Assembly (NCBI GenBank): GCA_023261845.1
Contig: JALNJZ010000004.1
Coordinates: 73,003-137,002, forward strand
Length of the DNA: 64,000 bases
DNA from: Candidatus Terraquivivens tengchongensis
Lineage (GTDB): Archaea; Thermoproteota; Nitrososphaeria_A; Caldarchaeales; Wolframiiraptoraceae
Direction of reading: 5' to 3'
Positions 1 to 9,632 of this stretch are shown piece by piece. The notes under the pieces were generated by a model, which saw only the letters and a list, made by a program, of their open reading frames with translations, had not been told where the DNA came from and ran no database searches. How positions within the stretch are numbered: position 1 is the stretch's first letter; each line of letters starts with the position of its first letter. The translations under genes and the position numbers were made by a program.

Positions 1-1
1 C

Positions 2-139
2 CTGTGCCTTATGGACCCAAAACAAGCCATCGGTCTCGTGGAAAAGTTAGACAATACAGAGGCTATGCTCATTCTGGCAGACAGTAAGATTTTGAGGACG
101 AGCAAGTTTGCGGCTTATGAGCTCAACAGGACGTTATAA
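2..139 (+). CDS. 3' end of probable FAD:protein FMN transferase (ApbE family), partial at window edge
   Basis: Frame from nt 2 reads LCLMDPKQAIGLVEKLDNTEAMLILADSKILRTSKF..., stop TAA 137-139; resembles the ApbE C-terminal segment; not in the ORF track. Confidence 0.5.
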   Translation: MCLMDPKQAIGLVEKLDNTEAMLILADSKILRTSKFAAYELNRTL

Positions 140-240
140 CAAGAAAACGTAAAGATGCCCTTCTACGTTCATCGAAATAACGAGGCTTACTAGAATTCAT
201 GTTTATATATTTGTGCCTTTTTCTGAACCCGTAAAGTAAT

Positions 241-2046
241 ATGCGGCTGGAAGCAAAGGCTTCTACATTAATCCCGAGCATTGAGGAGATGACGATAGGG
301 GGCTTTAAGGAGTCATTTAGGAAGATCTTAGAGCTTAAGCGGAGATGTGGGATAGAGCCAGTACTCGATAATCCGCCAGATCTACTAGAGCGCGCCAAGC
401 TCTATGCGACAAAATACAGGAATGGATCCCTCGGTTGGGCCTCAAATATTTGGCATAGATCCGAGGCTGGCTCAGCCGTTATCATGAAAGACGATGATCT
501 TAGAGGAGAGCATAAGTTACTTATGCGAAGGGTTCTCGAACATATTCTCGCCCAGGGACCCCTGATCAAAGTGGACGGAATTCTAGGAAAGCCTGGTAGC
601 AGGGTTGAGATGAGATGTAGGCTTTATTGCGATCCACAGTTTCCGGACATAGCATACAGGTGGAGCCAACTTGCGTTTCCAGGAGATCCGACAAAGGACC
701 CGGATGTTGAACTGATAAACATACCTCATTATCTTGGAAACCCGGTGAATCCAGAGACTGGGCGAATGCTCATGGTTCTTAGATTCCCGAATCATGACTT
801 CACGATAGTTACCTGCTCATCCTATCAGGGCGAGGTAAAAAAAGGGTTTCTAAGCCACTGGATAATTCATGTCTATAAAAAAGGCGGGACAGGAGAACAT
901 GCAGCTTTCAGGGAGTTCACGGTGAAAAGAAAGGATGGTAACGAAAAAAGGATAATCTTATGCATCTGGGGGCTCACAGGCTCGGGAAAATCGACCCACG
1001 GATTCTACGTCTGGGATAAGTCAAACATCAATACATACATTGAAAAGTTCGGGATAAATCCGCTCGACTATGTTAAGGATCAGGAAATTAAGAACGACGA
1101 CATAATAGCTATCTTTGAGGATCGAGTAATCGGATCAGAGCGGGGATCGTGGACGAAGACCGAGGATGTTGATCCAAGGCAGGTGGCGATCTGGAGAGCT
1201 GCTGTGTCGCCCAGAGCGCTTCATGAGAACACAGAATTCGATGAGAATGGTAATCCATCGCTTAGTGGGGAGCTTTACCAATATTATGGTATGTTCAATA
1301 AAAATGCTAGATCCGTCTTCTTCCTTGAGGATACTGGTTACTTTAGGGGCGATGTTGAGTCAAGTGGGCCGATGAACACAGCAATCTTCATTTCCCCTGG
1401 ATACTTCACTGACTACGCATGGGTTAAAATCACAGATCCGGCTTTCGCTGCAAAAGTCCTAGCTGATGGAAGAACCATAGGACATCCAGCCCAATCAAGG
1501 GATGCCTATGGAGTAATCTTCTCTACGAGGTACTGCAAACCATTCACAATGGGGGTTCCATCCACAAACCACGTAGTTAGGTTTTACGAGATGCTAAAGA
1601 AGAGAATGGAGCGAGGAGACCCGGTAGAAGTTTATCAGTTCAATACTACAGGCAGGATAATCGCAAAGTATCAGTGGACAAGGATCAAGCTTGGCGATGA
1701 GGAGCTTGAAGTACCTCAGCCAGTATTCAAGTTAGCTCCAGATGGCACGATGAAACCTGTTGGTGGGACATCCCCGACGATAGAAGAGACAGAGCTCTTC
1801 ATACTCCAAGCATCCCGCGGCGCTGTCGAGTACGAGCCCCACCCAGTTTGGGGTGAGAAAGTTCTAATACCAGTAGAGGTCGAGGGGCTATCCGAGAAGA
1901 GGCTTAAGGAGCTTCAACCAACAACATATCTCTCTCTGAGTGAGTTCAAGAGATTGCTAGAAGCTCAAGTGAAGCTAAGCAAACATTATCTTGATAAGGA
2001 CTGTCCGGACCTTCCACCGGAGATATACAACGCAATGGACTTTTAA
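241..2046 (+). CDS. pckA: Phosphoenolpyruvate carboxykinase (ATP)-like protein
   Basis: YQGEVKKG, GEHA, P-loop GLTGSGKST, kinase-2-like IKNDD, ENT and NAR motifs. Confidence 0.7.
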   Translation: MRLEAKASTLIPSIEEMTIGGFKESFRKILELKRRCGIEPVLDNPPDLLERAKLYATKYRNGSLGWASNIWHRSEAGSAVIMKDDDLRGEHKLLMRRVLEHILAQGPLIKVDGILGKPGSRVEMRCRLYCDPQFPDIAYRWSQLAFPGDPTKDPDVELINIPHYLGNPVNPETGRMLMVLRFPNHDFTIVTCSSYQGEVKKGFLSHWIIHVYKKGGTGEHAAFREFTVKRKDGNEKRIILCIWGLTGSGKSTHGFYVWDKSNINTYIEKFGINPLDYVKDQEIKNDDIIAIFEDRVIGSERGSWTKTEDVDPRQVAIWRAAVSPRALHENTEFDENGNPSLSGELYQYYGMFNKNARSVFFLEDTGYFRGDVESSGPMNTAIFISPGYFTDYAWVKITDPAFAAKVLADGRTIGHPAQSRDAYGVIFSTRYCKPFTMGVPSTNHVVRFYEMLKKRMERGDPVEVYQFNTTGRIIAKYQWTRIKLGDEELEVPQPVFKLAPDGTMKPVGGTSPTIEETELFILQASRGAVEYEPHPVWGEKVLIPVEVEGLSEKRLKELQPTTYLSLSEFKRLLEAQVKLSKHYLDKDCPDLPPEIYNAMDF

Positions 2047-2089
2047 AACATTCCAAAAGCTTTTTATATTTTAACGCTAAAGTATAAGC

Positions 2090-3607
2090 ATGTCAAATTC
2101 CGAGAAAAAGGTTACTAGAAGACAAGTACTAGCAGCAATATCTTCCGGCATAGCTGGACTAGTGGTCGGAGGCATCGTAGGAAGTCAGGCTTTTCCGAAG
2201 GCGGAGAAGGTAACAGAGACGGTTACAACAACTACGACGACTACGCAGACTACTATCGTTAAACCTCCAGAGCCTCCGTTCGAGGAGCATGAGATAGTCA
2301 TCGTCGGCGCTGGGATGGCTGGTCTTACCGCGGCTATAGCCGCTTACGAGGCTGGTGTCAAAGATGTAGTTGTATTGGAAAAAGGCCCGAGTGTTTATAG
2401 TTGTAACAGCTCCGTCAGCGGAGGTGCATTCTACATCTCTACACCAGAATTCCCACCATCAGAGTACGTTAAGGCCGTTATGAGAATCACATACAATAAA
2501 GCATTTCCGGAATTAATAGAGGTTCTCGCCGAAAAATCTTACGAGACTGTCTTAGAGTGGTTACCTAAGGTAGCCGGCGTAAAATTCCTTCCAAAAGAGA
2601 AGTGGTTGGCACCGAACGCTCCAGGTGTAGAAGGAGGCGGGCCCAAGTTGATGGAATACATGGTCAACGCAGTAAAGGCTAGAAATATTCCGATAATATT
2701 AGAAACCAAAGCCGTGTCACTACTTGTCAGCATCAAGGGAGAAGTTCTGGGCGTAAGGGCTCTTACCAAAGATGGTTACAAAGACTTTAAGGCGAAGGCG
2801 ACGATACTTGCATGCGGAGGGTTCCAAGCAAACCAAGAGATGGTCGTGAACTATATATCGCCTAAAGTTGCTTACAACTCAATTCTCAGAGGTCTTCCAA
2901 ACAACACGGGCGATGGGCATAGAATGGTTTCTGAGGTTAGGGCGAAACAGATATTCATGGACCAATACCACGGGGCGACAGTTCAACCGGAGACATACGC
3001 CAACCCAGGAGGTTTCTTCCCGCAAGGCATAATCGTAAACAAGCACGGTAAAAGGTTTATCGATGAGGGTGTCGCAACGTATGTCGAGGCTGGAAAAGCA
3101 GCCCTCGATCAGCCCGATGGGCTGGCTTACATAATACTAGACGCCGAGGGGTTCAAGAGAGTTAGCCCATGGTGGAGAGACTACTTCTTGGTGCAGTACA
3201 AAGGGAGGCTAACGGAGGCAAACAGCATAGAAGAGTTGGCGAATATATTTGGTATAAATGTCGAAGGTCTCAAAAAGACCATCGAGGATTTCAATAATGC
3301 CGTCAGGGATGGATACACAGAGGGCATAACACCTCCGAAGAGTAAGAACGCGTACAGAATAGAGACTCCACCATTCTATGGCATAAATTATGTCTGCGGA
3401 ATAACGTTAACGTTTGGAGGGCCGTTAACGGATAAATACGCTCGTGTTCTGGACCTAGAGGGCACACCCATACCGAGGCTTTACGCGATTGGTGAGTTGA
3501 CTGGAGGGTTCTTCTTCGAAAACTATCCTGGTGGTGGAAGCTTAGCTAGATGTGCCGTTTTCGGGAAGATAGCCGGAGAGCATGCTGCTTCCATTGTCAA
3601 AGGCTAA
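2090..3607 (+). CDS. Tat-exported FAD-dependent oxidoreductase (FAD_binding_2; flavocytochrome c/TcuA-like)
   Basis: TRRQVL twin-Arg signal and hydrophobic helix, Thr-rich linker, GAGMAG FAD motif, LACGGF, NTGDG, GKRFIDE, TLTFGG, NYPGGGSL. Confidence 0.8.
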   Translation: MSNSEKKVTRRQVLAAISSGIAGLVVGGIVGSQAFPKAEKVTETVTTTTTTTQTTIVKPPEPPFEEHEIVIVGAGMAGLTAAIAAYEAGVKDVVVLEKGPSVYSCNSSVSGGAFYISTPEFPPSEYVKAVMRITYNKAFPELIEVLAEKSYETVLEWLPKVAGVKFLPKEKWLAPNAPGVEGGGPKLMEYMVNAVKARNIPIILETKAVSLLVSIKGEVLGVRALTKDGYKDFKAKATILACGGFQANQEMVVNYISPKVAYNSILRGLPNNTGDGHRMVSEVRAKQIFMDQYHGATVQPETYANPGGFFPQGIIVNKHGKRFIDEGVATYVEAGKAALDQPDGLAYIILDAEGFKRVSPWWRDYFLVQYKGRLTEANSIEELANIFGINVEGLKKTIEDFNNAVRDGYTEGITPPKSKNAYRIETPPFYGINYVCGITLTFGGPLTDKYARVLDLEGTPIPRLYAIGELTGGFFFENYPGGGSLARCAVFGKIAGEHAASIVKG

Positions 3608-3634
3608 AATTCCATAATTTTTTTGTGCTGGCGT

Positions 3635-5086
3635 TTAAGCACAATGCTGAGTTAGATTTTCTCCTTCCAGTATAGAGCCAACCACCTCGTTAAATTTACT
3701 GCTCAACTCTATTATTTGCGACTCATTTAGGTACTCGGTATCGTATCCCAACCTCGACGGAGGCACAGTACCTTCCGCGAAGCACTTGTACATCTTATAG
3801 AAGTCGCTAAAGCTTCTGAACTTCAATCTTATACCATACTTCTTCGGTAGAAGGAATCTAGGTGAGCATGGTTCTAGAAAGAGCGGATTGCATGATATAG
3901 CAACAACATTATTGTACGTTCGGAGTATCCTTTCGCCGAGCTTCATAGTCTTATTAAACTCCTCAACAGTCTCGCCGCTTAATCCCGATGCGAAGTACAA
4001 CTCGGCAGGAACCATCCCTTCCTCTAGCATCTCGAGCCATCTTAGGAGAGATTGGTTATCATAATAGAAGCCCTTGTTCTTAAGCCTAACAAAGTCTGAG
4101 CCAGTCTCTGGTGAAATCGTGAGCGTCGTGTAAAGCGGATTAAATGTCTTCTTTAAATCTTGAACGAAGTTCCTATCGGTTAGAGACCATATGAGGAACT
4201 GGGAGCTTATATCTATCCCCTCTTTCCTCACGAGTTCAAAAAGCTTATAGTAGAACTTTCTATTAGTGTATGGGTCAAAATCCATGTAGGCACAGGAAAT
4301 GCCAAGTTCCTCGAATGCCCTAAGGTCCTCGGCAACTTTCTCTGGTGACCTAAAAATCGGCTGTTGTCTTCCGAATATCTTCCTATGAGCTAAGTTTGCA
4401 CCGCCGCAGTAGGAGCAATTTACGGAGCAACCGCGTCCGATCATCAACCAGCCTTGGGTCTTCAGCTTCGGCGAGAGAACATCGTTCTCGTGTATAAGCC
4501 TGACATAAAGGTCCCAGTCTTCCAAAAGTTTTAAGTCAGAGCATGTCAGCTTATCCAAGTCCTCACTGCTTGCTAAGTATGCTCTTCTACTCCTCTTTAC
4601 TGCAGAACCTTTTCTGTACACTAAGTTCGGCACATCGCTCACTTCCGTACTTTTCATTAACGCCTTTATCAATTCAATCATAGGAAGTTCCGCATCACCG
4701 ACTATTACGTAATCTACACAATCAAATGAGCTTAGTATCTCATCTGCAAAAAAGGAGGCTGTCATCCCACCTAACACGACTTTGGCATTTGTACATCGCT
4801 TTACACAATCCGCCAGCTTAATTGCATCATAAGAGTGGCAGTACCAATGAAGATCTATCCCAACTAGTGTGGGCTCGAGCGCTTTTATAAGATTCTCGAC
4901 TTTATAGTTTGGATCAAGCATTCGCTTAAGCCCTACGTGAACTATCCTCGTAGAGTAACCATTCCTTTCTAGCAGGTCTGCTAACGCAAACGTTCCCATG
5001 GGCACGGCTACGTACCTTACCACTTCACCATCAGATGTTGACACATACGTGGACGGATGAAGGAAGAGCACATCAACATCGCCCAA
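3635..5086 (-). CDS. Cobalamin-binding radical SAM protein
   Basis: N-terminal B12-binding domain (PMG, GIDLHW, VVLGG, GDAE) and CxxxCxxC motif (GCSVNCSYC). Confidence 0.85.
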   Translation of the reverse strand: MGDVDVLFLHPSTYVSTSDGEVVRYVAVPMGTFALADLLERNGYSTRIVHVGLKRMLDPNYKVENLIKALEPTLVGIDLHWYCHSYDAIKLADCVKRCTNAKVVLGGMTASFFADEILSSFDCVDYVIVGDAELPMIELIKALMKSTEVSDVPNLVYRKGSAVKRSRRAYLASSEDLDKLTCSDLKLLEDWDLYVRLIHENDVLSPKLKTQGWLMIGRGCSVNCSYCGGANLAHRKIFGRQQPIFRSPEKVAEDLRAFEELGISCAYMDFDPYTNRKFYYKLFELVRKEGIDISSQFLIWSLTDRNFVQDLKKTFNPLYTTLTISPETGSDFVRLKNKGFYYDNQSLLRWLEMLEEGMVPAELYFASGLSGETVEEFNKTMKLGERILRTYNNVVAISCNPLFLEPCSPRFLLPKKYGIRLKFRSFSDFYKMYKCFAEGTVPPSRLGYDTEYLNESQIIELSSKFNEVVGSILEGENLTQHCA

Positions 5087-6103
5087 TTAGACCAGCTCCT
5101 TGCTCAAGATTGTCGTATAACATGCGGGCCTGAACCCTACCCCTGATAGTGCACGCTTAACTTCTTCCAAACGGTCTTCTACACCTGCTATCTCCGTCCT
5201 CTTGAAACCTTTTAGAGTCTCTGAATGTATAAGTTTCTTCAAGGATGCCAATAGGGTGTCTATATCTTTTGCGAGCCACATAACTACCTTCAAGTTGCTG
5301 AAAGGGTACTTTCCAAGAGTCTTTTGGTATAGTTGTGGTATAGGTGTCCTATACTTTTTAGCAAACTCAAGCAAATCTGGCCGTAGTATGAAAGCCGCCT
5401 CAGTTAGACCGTCTCTAGAGGCGAATTTAGCGATTTGAGGGGTGCCAAATGGTTTCAGACCGTGCTCAAGTGTCGGTAAAGTCCAAGATCTGTAAGAGAA
5501 CAAGTTCTCATAGATGAACATTCTGCTGACACTTTCGGGGCTTACGTCTTGTAAACAAACTGTTTGTTCATCGTCATCTAAAGGAGCAATACCATAAGTC
5601 CAAACTTTTACATATTCTTTGTATCCCATAGACCTTAGTTGTTCGACAAATACGTCATGATTGCAGGATATGCTACTGAGGTCGTAGGATATGCAAGTAT
5701 ATGACGTAGGGTAAGAAACGTATTCATCCAACACTTGATGTAACTCTATATCAACACCATTTAAGCAAGCTTCCTTTGCAAAATCCTCGATATTTTCTAT
5801 AAAGAACTCGAATCCTTCACGGATGTCATCAACAAAGGTTATGGGTTGTGTTACGAAGAACCTCTTTCCGTTTATACTTTGATAAATGAAGCAGAAAGAA
5901 AACAAAACCTCCTCATGTTGTTCTTGCGTCTTATCCAATCGAACAAGAGTTAAAGGATAAAATCTCCAAACCCACTTACCGAGGTGCATTAAGCCACTCG
6001 GTATGAAGCCTGTATGAAAGTATCTTAATCCTATACCTGAATATACTAAGGACACCTTAGAAAAAAGTCTCGGCGGCATTCTAGCTTCTATCTTGAATTC
6101 CAT
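5087..6103 (-). CDS. Hypothetical protein, directly abutting the B12 radical SAM gene
   Basis: 338-aa ORF; its stop abuts the next start with 0 nt gap; no motif recognised. Confidence 0.6.
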   Translation of the reverse strand: MEFKIEARMPPRLFSKVSLVYSGIGLRYFHTGFIPSGLMHLGKWVWRFYPLTLVRLDKTQEQHEEVLFSFCFIYQSINGKRFFVTQPITFVDDIREGFEFFIENIEDFAKEACLNGVDIELHQVLDEYVSYPTSYTCISYDLSSISCNHDVFVEQLRSMGYKEYVKVWTYGIAPLDDDEQTVCLQDVSPESVSRMFIYENLFSYRSWTLPTLEHGLKPFGTPQIAKFASRDGLTEAAFILRPDLLEFAKKYRTPIPQLYQKTLGKYPFSNLKVVMWLAKDIDTLLASLKKLIHSETLKGFKRTEIAGVEDRLEEVKRALSGVGFRPACYTTILSKELV

Positions 6104-6157
6104 TCTATATAACGAAGCACTTTTTAGGATATAAAGCCAACCCGGTCCTACAACCTC

Positions 6158-6679
6158 TCAACTTATTTTTATGATATGCTTTGCGGCTATCTCGGCGGCC
6201 TTTGCCATCACATCGGCGCACTTGTTCATCGCTCCAGATTCGGCAAAGACCTTCAAATCCTCGGAATTTCTTAGGTCATAGACTCTGCCGAAAAGCCTCA
6301 GATGTATATCTTTACACCTGACACTTCCATACGTTTGCTTAAACTCGTCGTATATCTTAATCGCCAAGTCCATGCATTTTGAGTAATCCTCCGACTCACT
6401 TGTCCTTTCTAACCTTCTCCTACCATGAAGCATGCCAACGAACATCAGGGCTCCGAGTAATGCACCACATGCTTCTCCGCTTCTTGCCACACCACCGGCG
6501 AGTGAGGTTGCTGCCATGAAGACGTTTTGGTCTACTACACCAAACGTTTCTTGAAGGGCCTTCAGGGTCATCTGTGAACATCCGCTAAACTCTTCGCCAA
6601 GTATCTTGGCAAGCTTTGCGGCCCTGTTAACCAGCTTGTCAGCTTTCTGACACATGAGGACATTAACATGAACGAACAA
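6158..6679 (-). CDS. C_GCAxxG_C_C family putative redox protein
   Basis: GCSQ...ACGALLG...SVRCKDI...KCAD cysteine pattern. Confidence 0.8.
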   Translation of the reverse strand: MFVHVNVLMCQKADKLVNRAAKLAKILGEEFSGCSQMTLKALQETFGVVDQNVFMAATSLAGGVARSGEACGALLGALMFVGMLHGRRRLERTSESEDYSKCMDLAIKIYDEFKQTYGSVRCKDIHLRLFGRVYDLRNSEDLKVFAESGAMNKCADVMAKAAEIAAKHIIKIS

Positions 6680-6703
6680 TATAAGATTAATGTCAAAAAA
6701 GGC

Positions 6704-7576
6704 TTATTGATTATTCTCCAATCCCTTGATCGTGTCGAGTATCTCCTTGTCAAGCGGTTTGTGTTTTCTCTTTCGGTGCCTGCCAGAAAAGTAAGGTCCG
6801 ACGTTCATGAAGGCCCTCTCCGCCAACTCATCACCTTCTCCCGGAGAAAACCTCCTCCAAGCATTCGGGAAGTGTTGAAAGGATTCCGGAAGCGTCCAGT
6901 CGATGTGAAACTCTGATAGGTTCTCTGGCAAGACGCAGACGGCCACGCGGTCAATCTCCCTGTGAAGCGAAAGGGGCGCGGTGAAGACCCTCTGGATGTC
7001 AATTATCGCTTCAACGACAGCACCGCCTTCTGGCTCGAGCTTACCTACGATGAACTTCGCTACGGAATACGCTATGTCGAGCGGGTCTATTCTCTTCCTC
7101 ATATCCTTGCTGAAAGCCTCTTGGTGAATATGAACGTGTGCTCCCCTCCCGCTCCACTTGAAGAAGACGGAGTTAACTATTCCGTATTTCTCCAGCAGCT
7201 TGATAATTTGCATAGCCTTCTCAACGACGTTCCTCCAGTCTCCATCCTTGCAGTCTATGTCCAAAGTTGGAGAGGATGCGATGATGTTCTCCCTATCAAT
7301 GACGTTATATCTTGACTCCAGGGTTCGGTAGATATGTGCCGATGCGTATATTGCCCTAGGCTTGTACTTTACATACTCCGAGAACAAACATTGGATGTCG
7401 TCCTCGGAGAATATCCTCAGCGGTCTTCTTTTTGCATCGTATCTGAGCATGATTTTGTTTCCTTTTTGGTCAACCTCTTCGCAATGTAATGCTACCCAGC
7501 GGTTGGCACAGTATTCTGCTATCTCATGCTTCACGTCCTTACGGGAGTAGTGCTCCAGCACATCCTCCCATTCCAT
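6704..7576 (-). CDS. Archaeo-eukaryotic primase (AEP) superfamily protein, probably a stand-alone paralog rather than PriS
   Basis: AEP motif I TLDID, motif II KWSGRGAHVH, motif III IDIQRVFTAPLSLH. Confidence 0.7.
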   Translation of the reverse strand: MEWEDVLEHYSRKDVKHEIAEYCANRWVALHCEEVDQKGNKIMLRYDAKRRPLRIFSEDDIQCLFSEYVKYKPRAIYASAHIYRTLESRYNVIDRENIIASSPTLDIDCKDGDWRNVVEKAMQIIKLLEKYGIVNSVFFKWSGRGAHVHIHQEAFSKDMRKRIDPLDIAYSVAKFIVGKLEPEGGAVVEAIIDIQRVFTAPLSLHREIDRVAVCVLPENLSEFHIDWTLPESFQHFPNAWRRFSPGEGDELAERAFMNVGPYFSGRHRKRKHKPLDKEILDTIKGLENNQ

Positions 7577-8395
7577 TCAGAGAACTTCCTCCGACTTCCT
7601 CTTAGCATCGAGTATCCTCCTTACAACTTCGGGTGGGAGTTTATAGTCCTCTGCCCTCATCTCCACTCTCCGCAGGACCACCATACCAACGCCGGGCTTT
7701 ATGTCGATCTCATGTAGATACCTACTGTGGTTTGTCTGCCTCATCTTCTCGATTATCACGAACCTCTTCAACTCGCCCCTTCTCAAGAGTCTCCTGAACC
7801 TGATTATACCATCCGCTATATGCTCGATTCCCCAGCCGAAGCTCTCCGCGGTCGTTATCGCGTACTGGCTGACTGCCAGGATCGTGAAGTTCCACTTTGA
7901 TAGCACCTTCTTCACAAAGTAGCTGTATCTTCTAGCCATCGCGGGCTTATCGAGCCAGAAGGCTGATAGACTATCTATTACAACCCTTGCCCTACCGTAA
8001 CCGAGCTCCTTCTTAGCCTCGATTATCTTGCCGATGAGTCCTTCTGGCTCGAGGTTTTGGAGGCTCCATTTATCTTCCCTACCCATCAGGGCGTCTATTA
8101 CGATCAGCTTTCCATCATTTACCGCATCTGCAAACCTCATGTTGAACTGCGATGCTTGCTTTATTATCGATTCTCTGCTCTCTTCAGTCGTAACGTAAAT
8201 ACATTTGTCACCCTCAGCTATTCCTTGGTTGATAAAATGAATAGAGAATATCGTCTTTCCGCAACCCGGTTCTCCAGTCACGGCTACGAAGAACTCTTCT
8301 GGAATACCACCTTCCAGTAATTCATCCATACCTACGACGCCCGTCTTCAGCCTCCTGCCTTCGCCTAACAACCCAAAATAAGCATTGCGTAGCAT
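7577..8395 (-). CDS. KaiC-like (RecA superfamily) ATPase, single domain
   Basis: TGVVGMDELLEGGIP, Walker A GEPGCGKT, YVTTEE, IDSLS, SQ, EHIADGII, EKMRQT. Confidence 0.9.
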   Translation of the reverse strand: MLRNAYFGLLGEGRRLKTGVVGMDELLEGGIPEEFFVAVTGEPGCGKTIFSIHFINQGIAEGDKCIYVTTEESRESIIKQASQFNMRFADAVNDGKLIVIDALMGREDKWSLQNLEPEGLIGKIIEAKKELGYGRARVVIDSLSAFWLDKPAMARRYSYFVKKVLSKWNFTILAVSQYAITTAESFGWGIEHIADGIIRFRRLLRRGELKRFVIIEKMRQTNHSRYLHEIDIKPGVGMVVLRRVEMRAEDYKLPPEVVRRILDAKRKSEEVL

Positions 8396-8528
8396 GAAAT
8401 AAAGGTTGAAGACCTTATATCCTTCTTGCTACCCATGAAAGGAACATGTCCACTTTTGCACCATCTTTAAGTTTCAGCTATATGCTTATATTTTTAGGCT
8501 TGAAAGTCCTCCCCAAAGGTGCAAAAGA

Positions 8529-9632
8529 TTGTCGGACGACAAAAGAGCGATAGATCCGTGGAATTCAACACTTCCAGCAGATTACGAAACCCTGATGGCA
8601 GAGTTTGGTATAGAACCGATAACCGACGAGCTCATCTCTGCTTTTCCGTCAACCCATAGACTCCTAAGAAGAAAAGTCGAGTTTGGCCATAGAGACCTTT
8701 TGAGAATCGTTGACAGCATAAGAAGGAATGAGGCGTATGCCGTGATGAGTGGAATAAAGCCGACGGGTGAGTTCCATCTTGGAACGATGATGACCGCGGA
8801 GGAGATCATATTTTACCAGAGCCTCTCGGATAAATCAGTAGCCCACTACTGCATAGCGGACCTCGAGGCATTCGCGGATAACGGTATACCTCTTGAGGAG
8901 TCGCATGAGATAGCCGTGGGAAATGTCGCAGACCTGCTCGCGCTTGGGCTGGACTATAAAAGGGCTTACATATACAAGCAGTCTGAGGAAAGGCTAGTTC
9001 AGAAGTTGGCGTTCATATTTTCGACCGCCGTGACGTTCAACATGTTAGAGGCAATTTACGGTCCTAAGCAGATCAAGTACTATCTATCCGCCCTAATACA
9101 GGTCGGAGACATTATGCTGCCGCAGACCGAGGAATATGGCGGTCCGAAGCCCGTCCTCGTACCGGTAGGAATCGACCAAGACCCGCACATCAGACTCTCC
9201 AGGGACATCGCCAAGAAGTTTAAGTTTGTACCGCCAAGCGCCGTCTTCCATAAGCTGACGAGGTCTTTGCTAGGTGAAGAAAAGATGTCGAAGAGGAATC
9301 CGATGAGTATGATGACGTTATCGGATGACCCGAAATTAGCTGAGAGAAAAATTTGGTCAGCACTTACTGGTGGTAGAGGCACAGTCGAGGAGCAGCGAAG
9401 GCTTGGTGGTGAGCCTGAAAAATGTGTTGTCTTTGAACTCATGACGAATCACTTCATCGATGACGATGATGAATTGAGAAAAATTTACTGGGAATGTAAA
9501 ACGGGTGCTAGGTTGTGCGGGGATTGTAAGTCTCAGCTTGCGGACATCGTATCGAGTTTCTTGAGAAAACACCAACAAAAGAAGGAGGGGCTCATGGACC
9601 TTGCAAGGAACATAGTAGAGGGAGAACGATGA
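8529..9632 (+). CDS. trpS: Tryptophan--tRNA ligase
   Basis: SGIKPTGEFHLG (HIGH-like), VPVGIDQDPH, KMSKR, ALTGGR. Confidence 0.95.
   Translation: MSDDKRAIDPWNSTLPADYETLMAEFGIEPITDELISAFPSTHRLLRRKVEFGHRDLLRIVDSIRRNEAYAVMSGIKPTGEFHLGTMMTAEEIIFYQSLSDKSVAHYCIADLEAFADNGIPLEESHEIAVGNVADLLALGLDYKRAYIYKQSEERLVQKLAFIFSTAVTFNMLEAIYGPKQIKYYLSALIQVGDIMLPQTEEYGGPKPVLVPVGIDQDPHIRLSRDIAKKFKFVPPSAVFHKLTRSLLGEEKMSKRNPMSMMTLSDDPKLAERKIWSALTGGRGTVEEQRRLGGEPEKCVVFELMTNHFIDDDDELRKIYWECKTGARLCGDCKSQLADIVSSFLRKHQQKKEGLMDLARNIVEGER

Noticed and set aside
2212-2256. ACN-rich low-complexity repeat
   Set aside because: Encodes the Thr-rich linker typical of archaeal surface-anchored proteins; not a DNA repeat element
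2090-3607. Fumarate reductase/succinate dehydrogenase flavoprotein
   Set aside because: Lacks the HGxNRLG catalytic motif and has no adjacent Fe-S or anchor subunits
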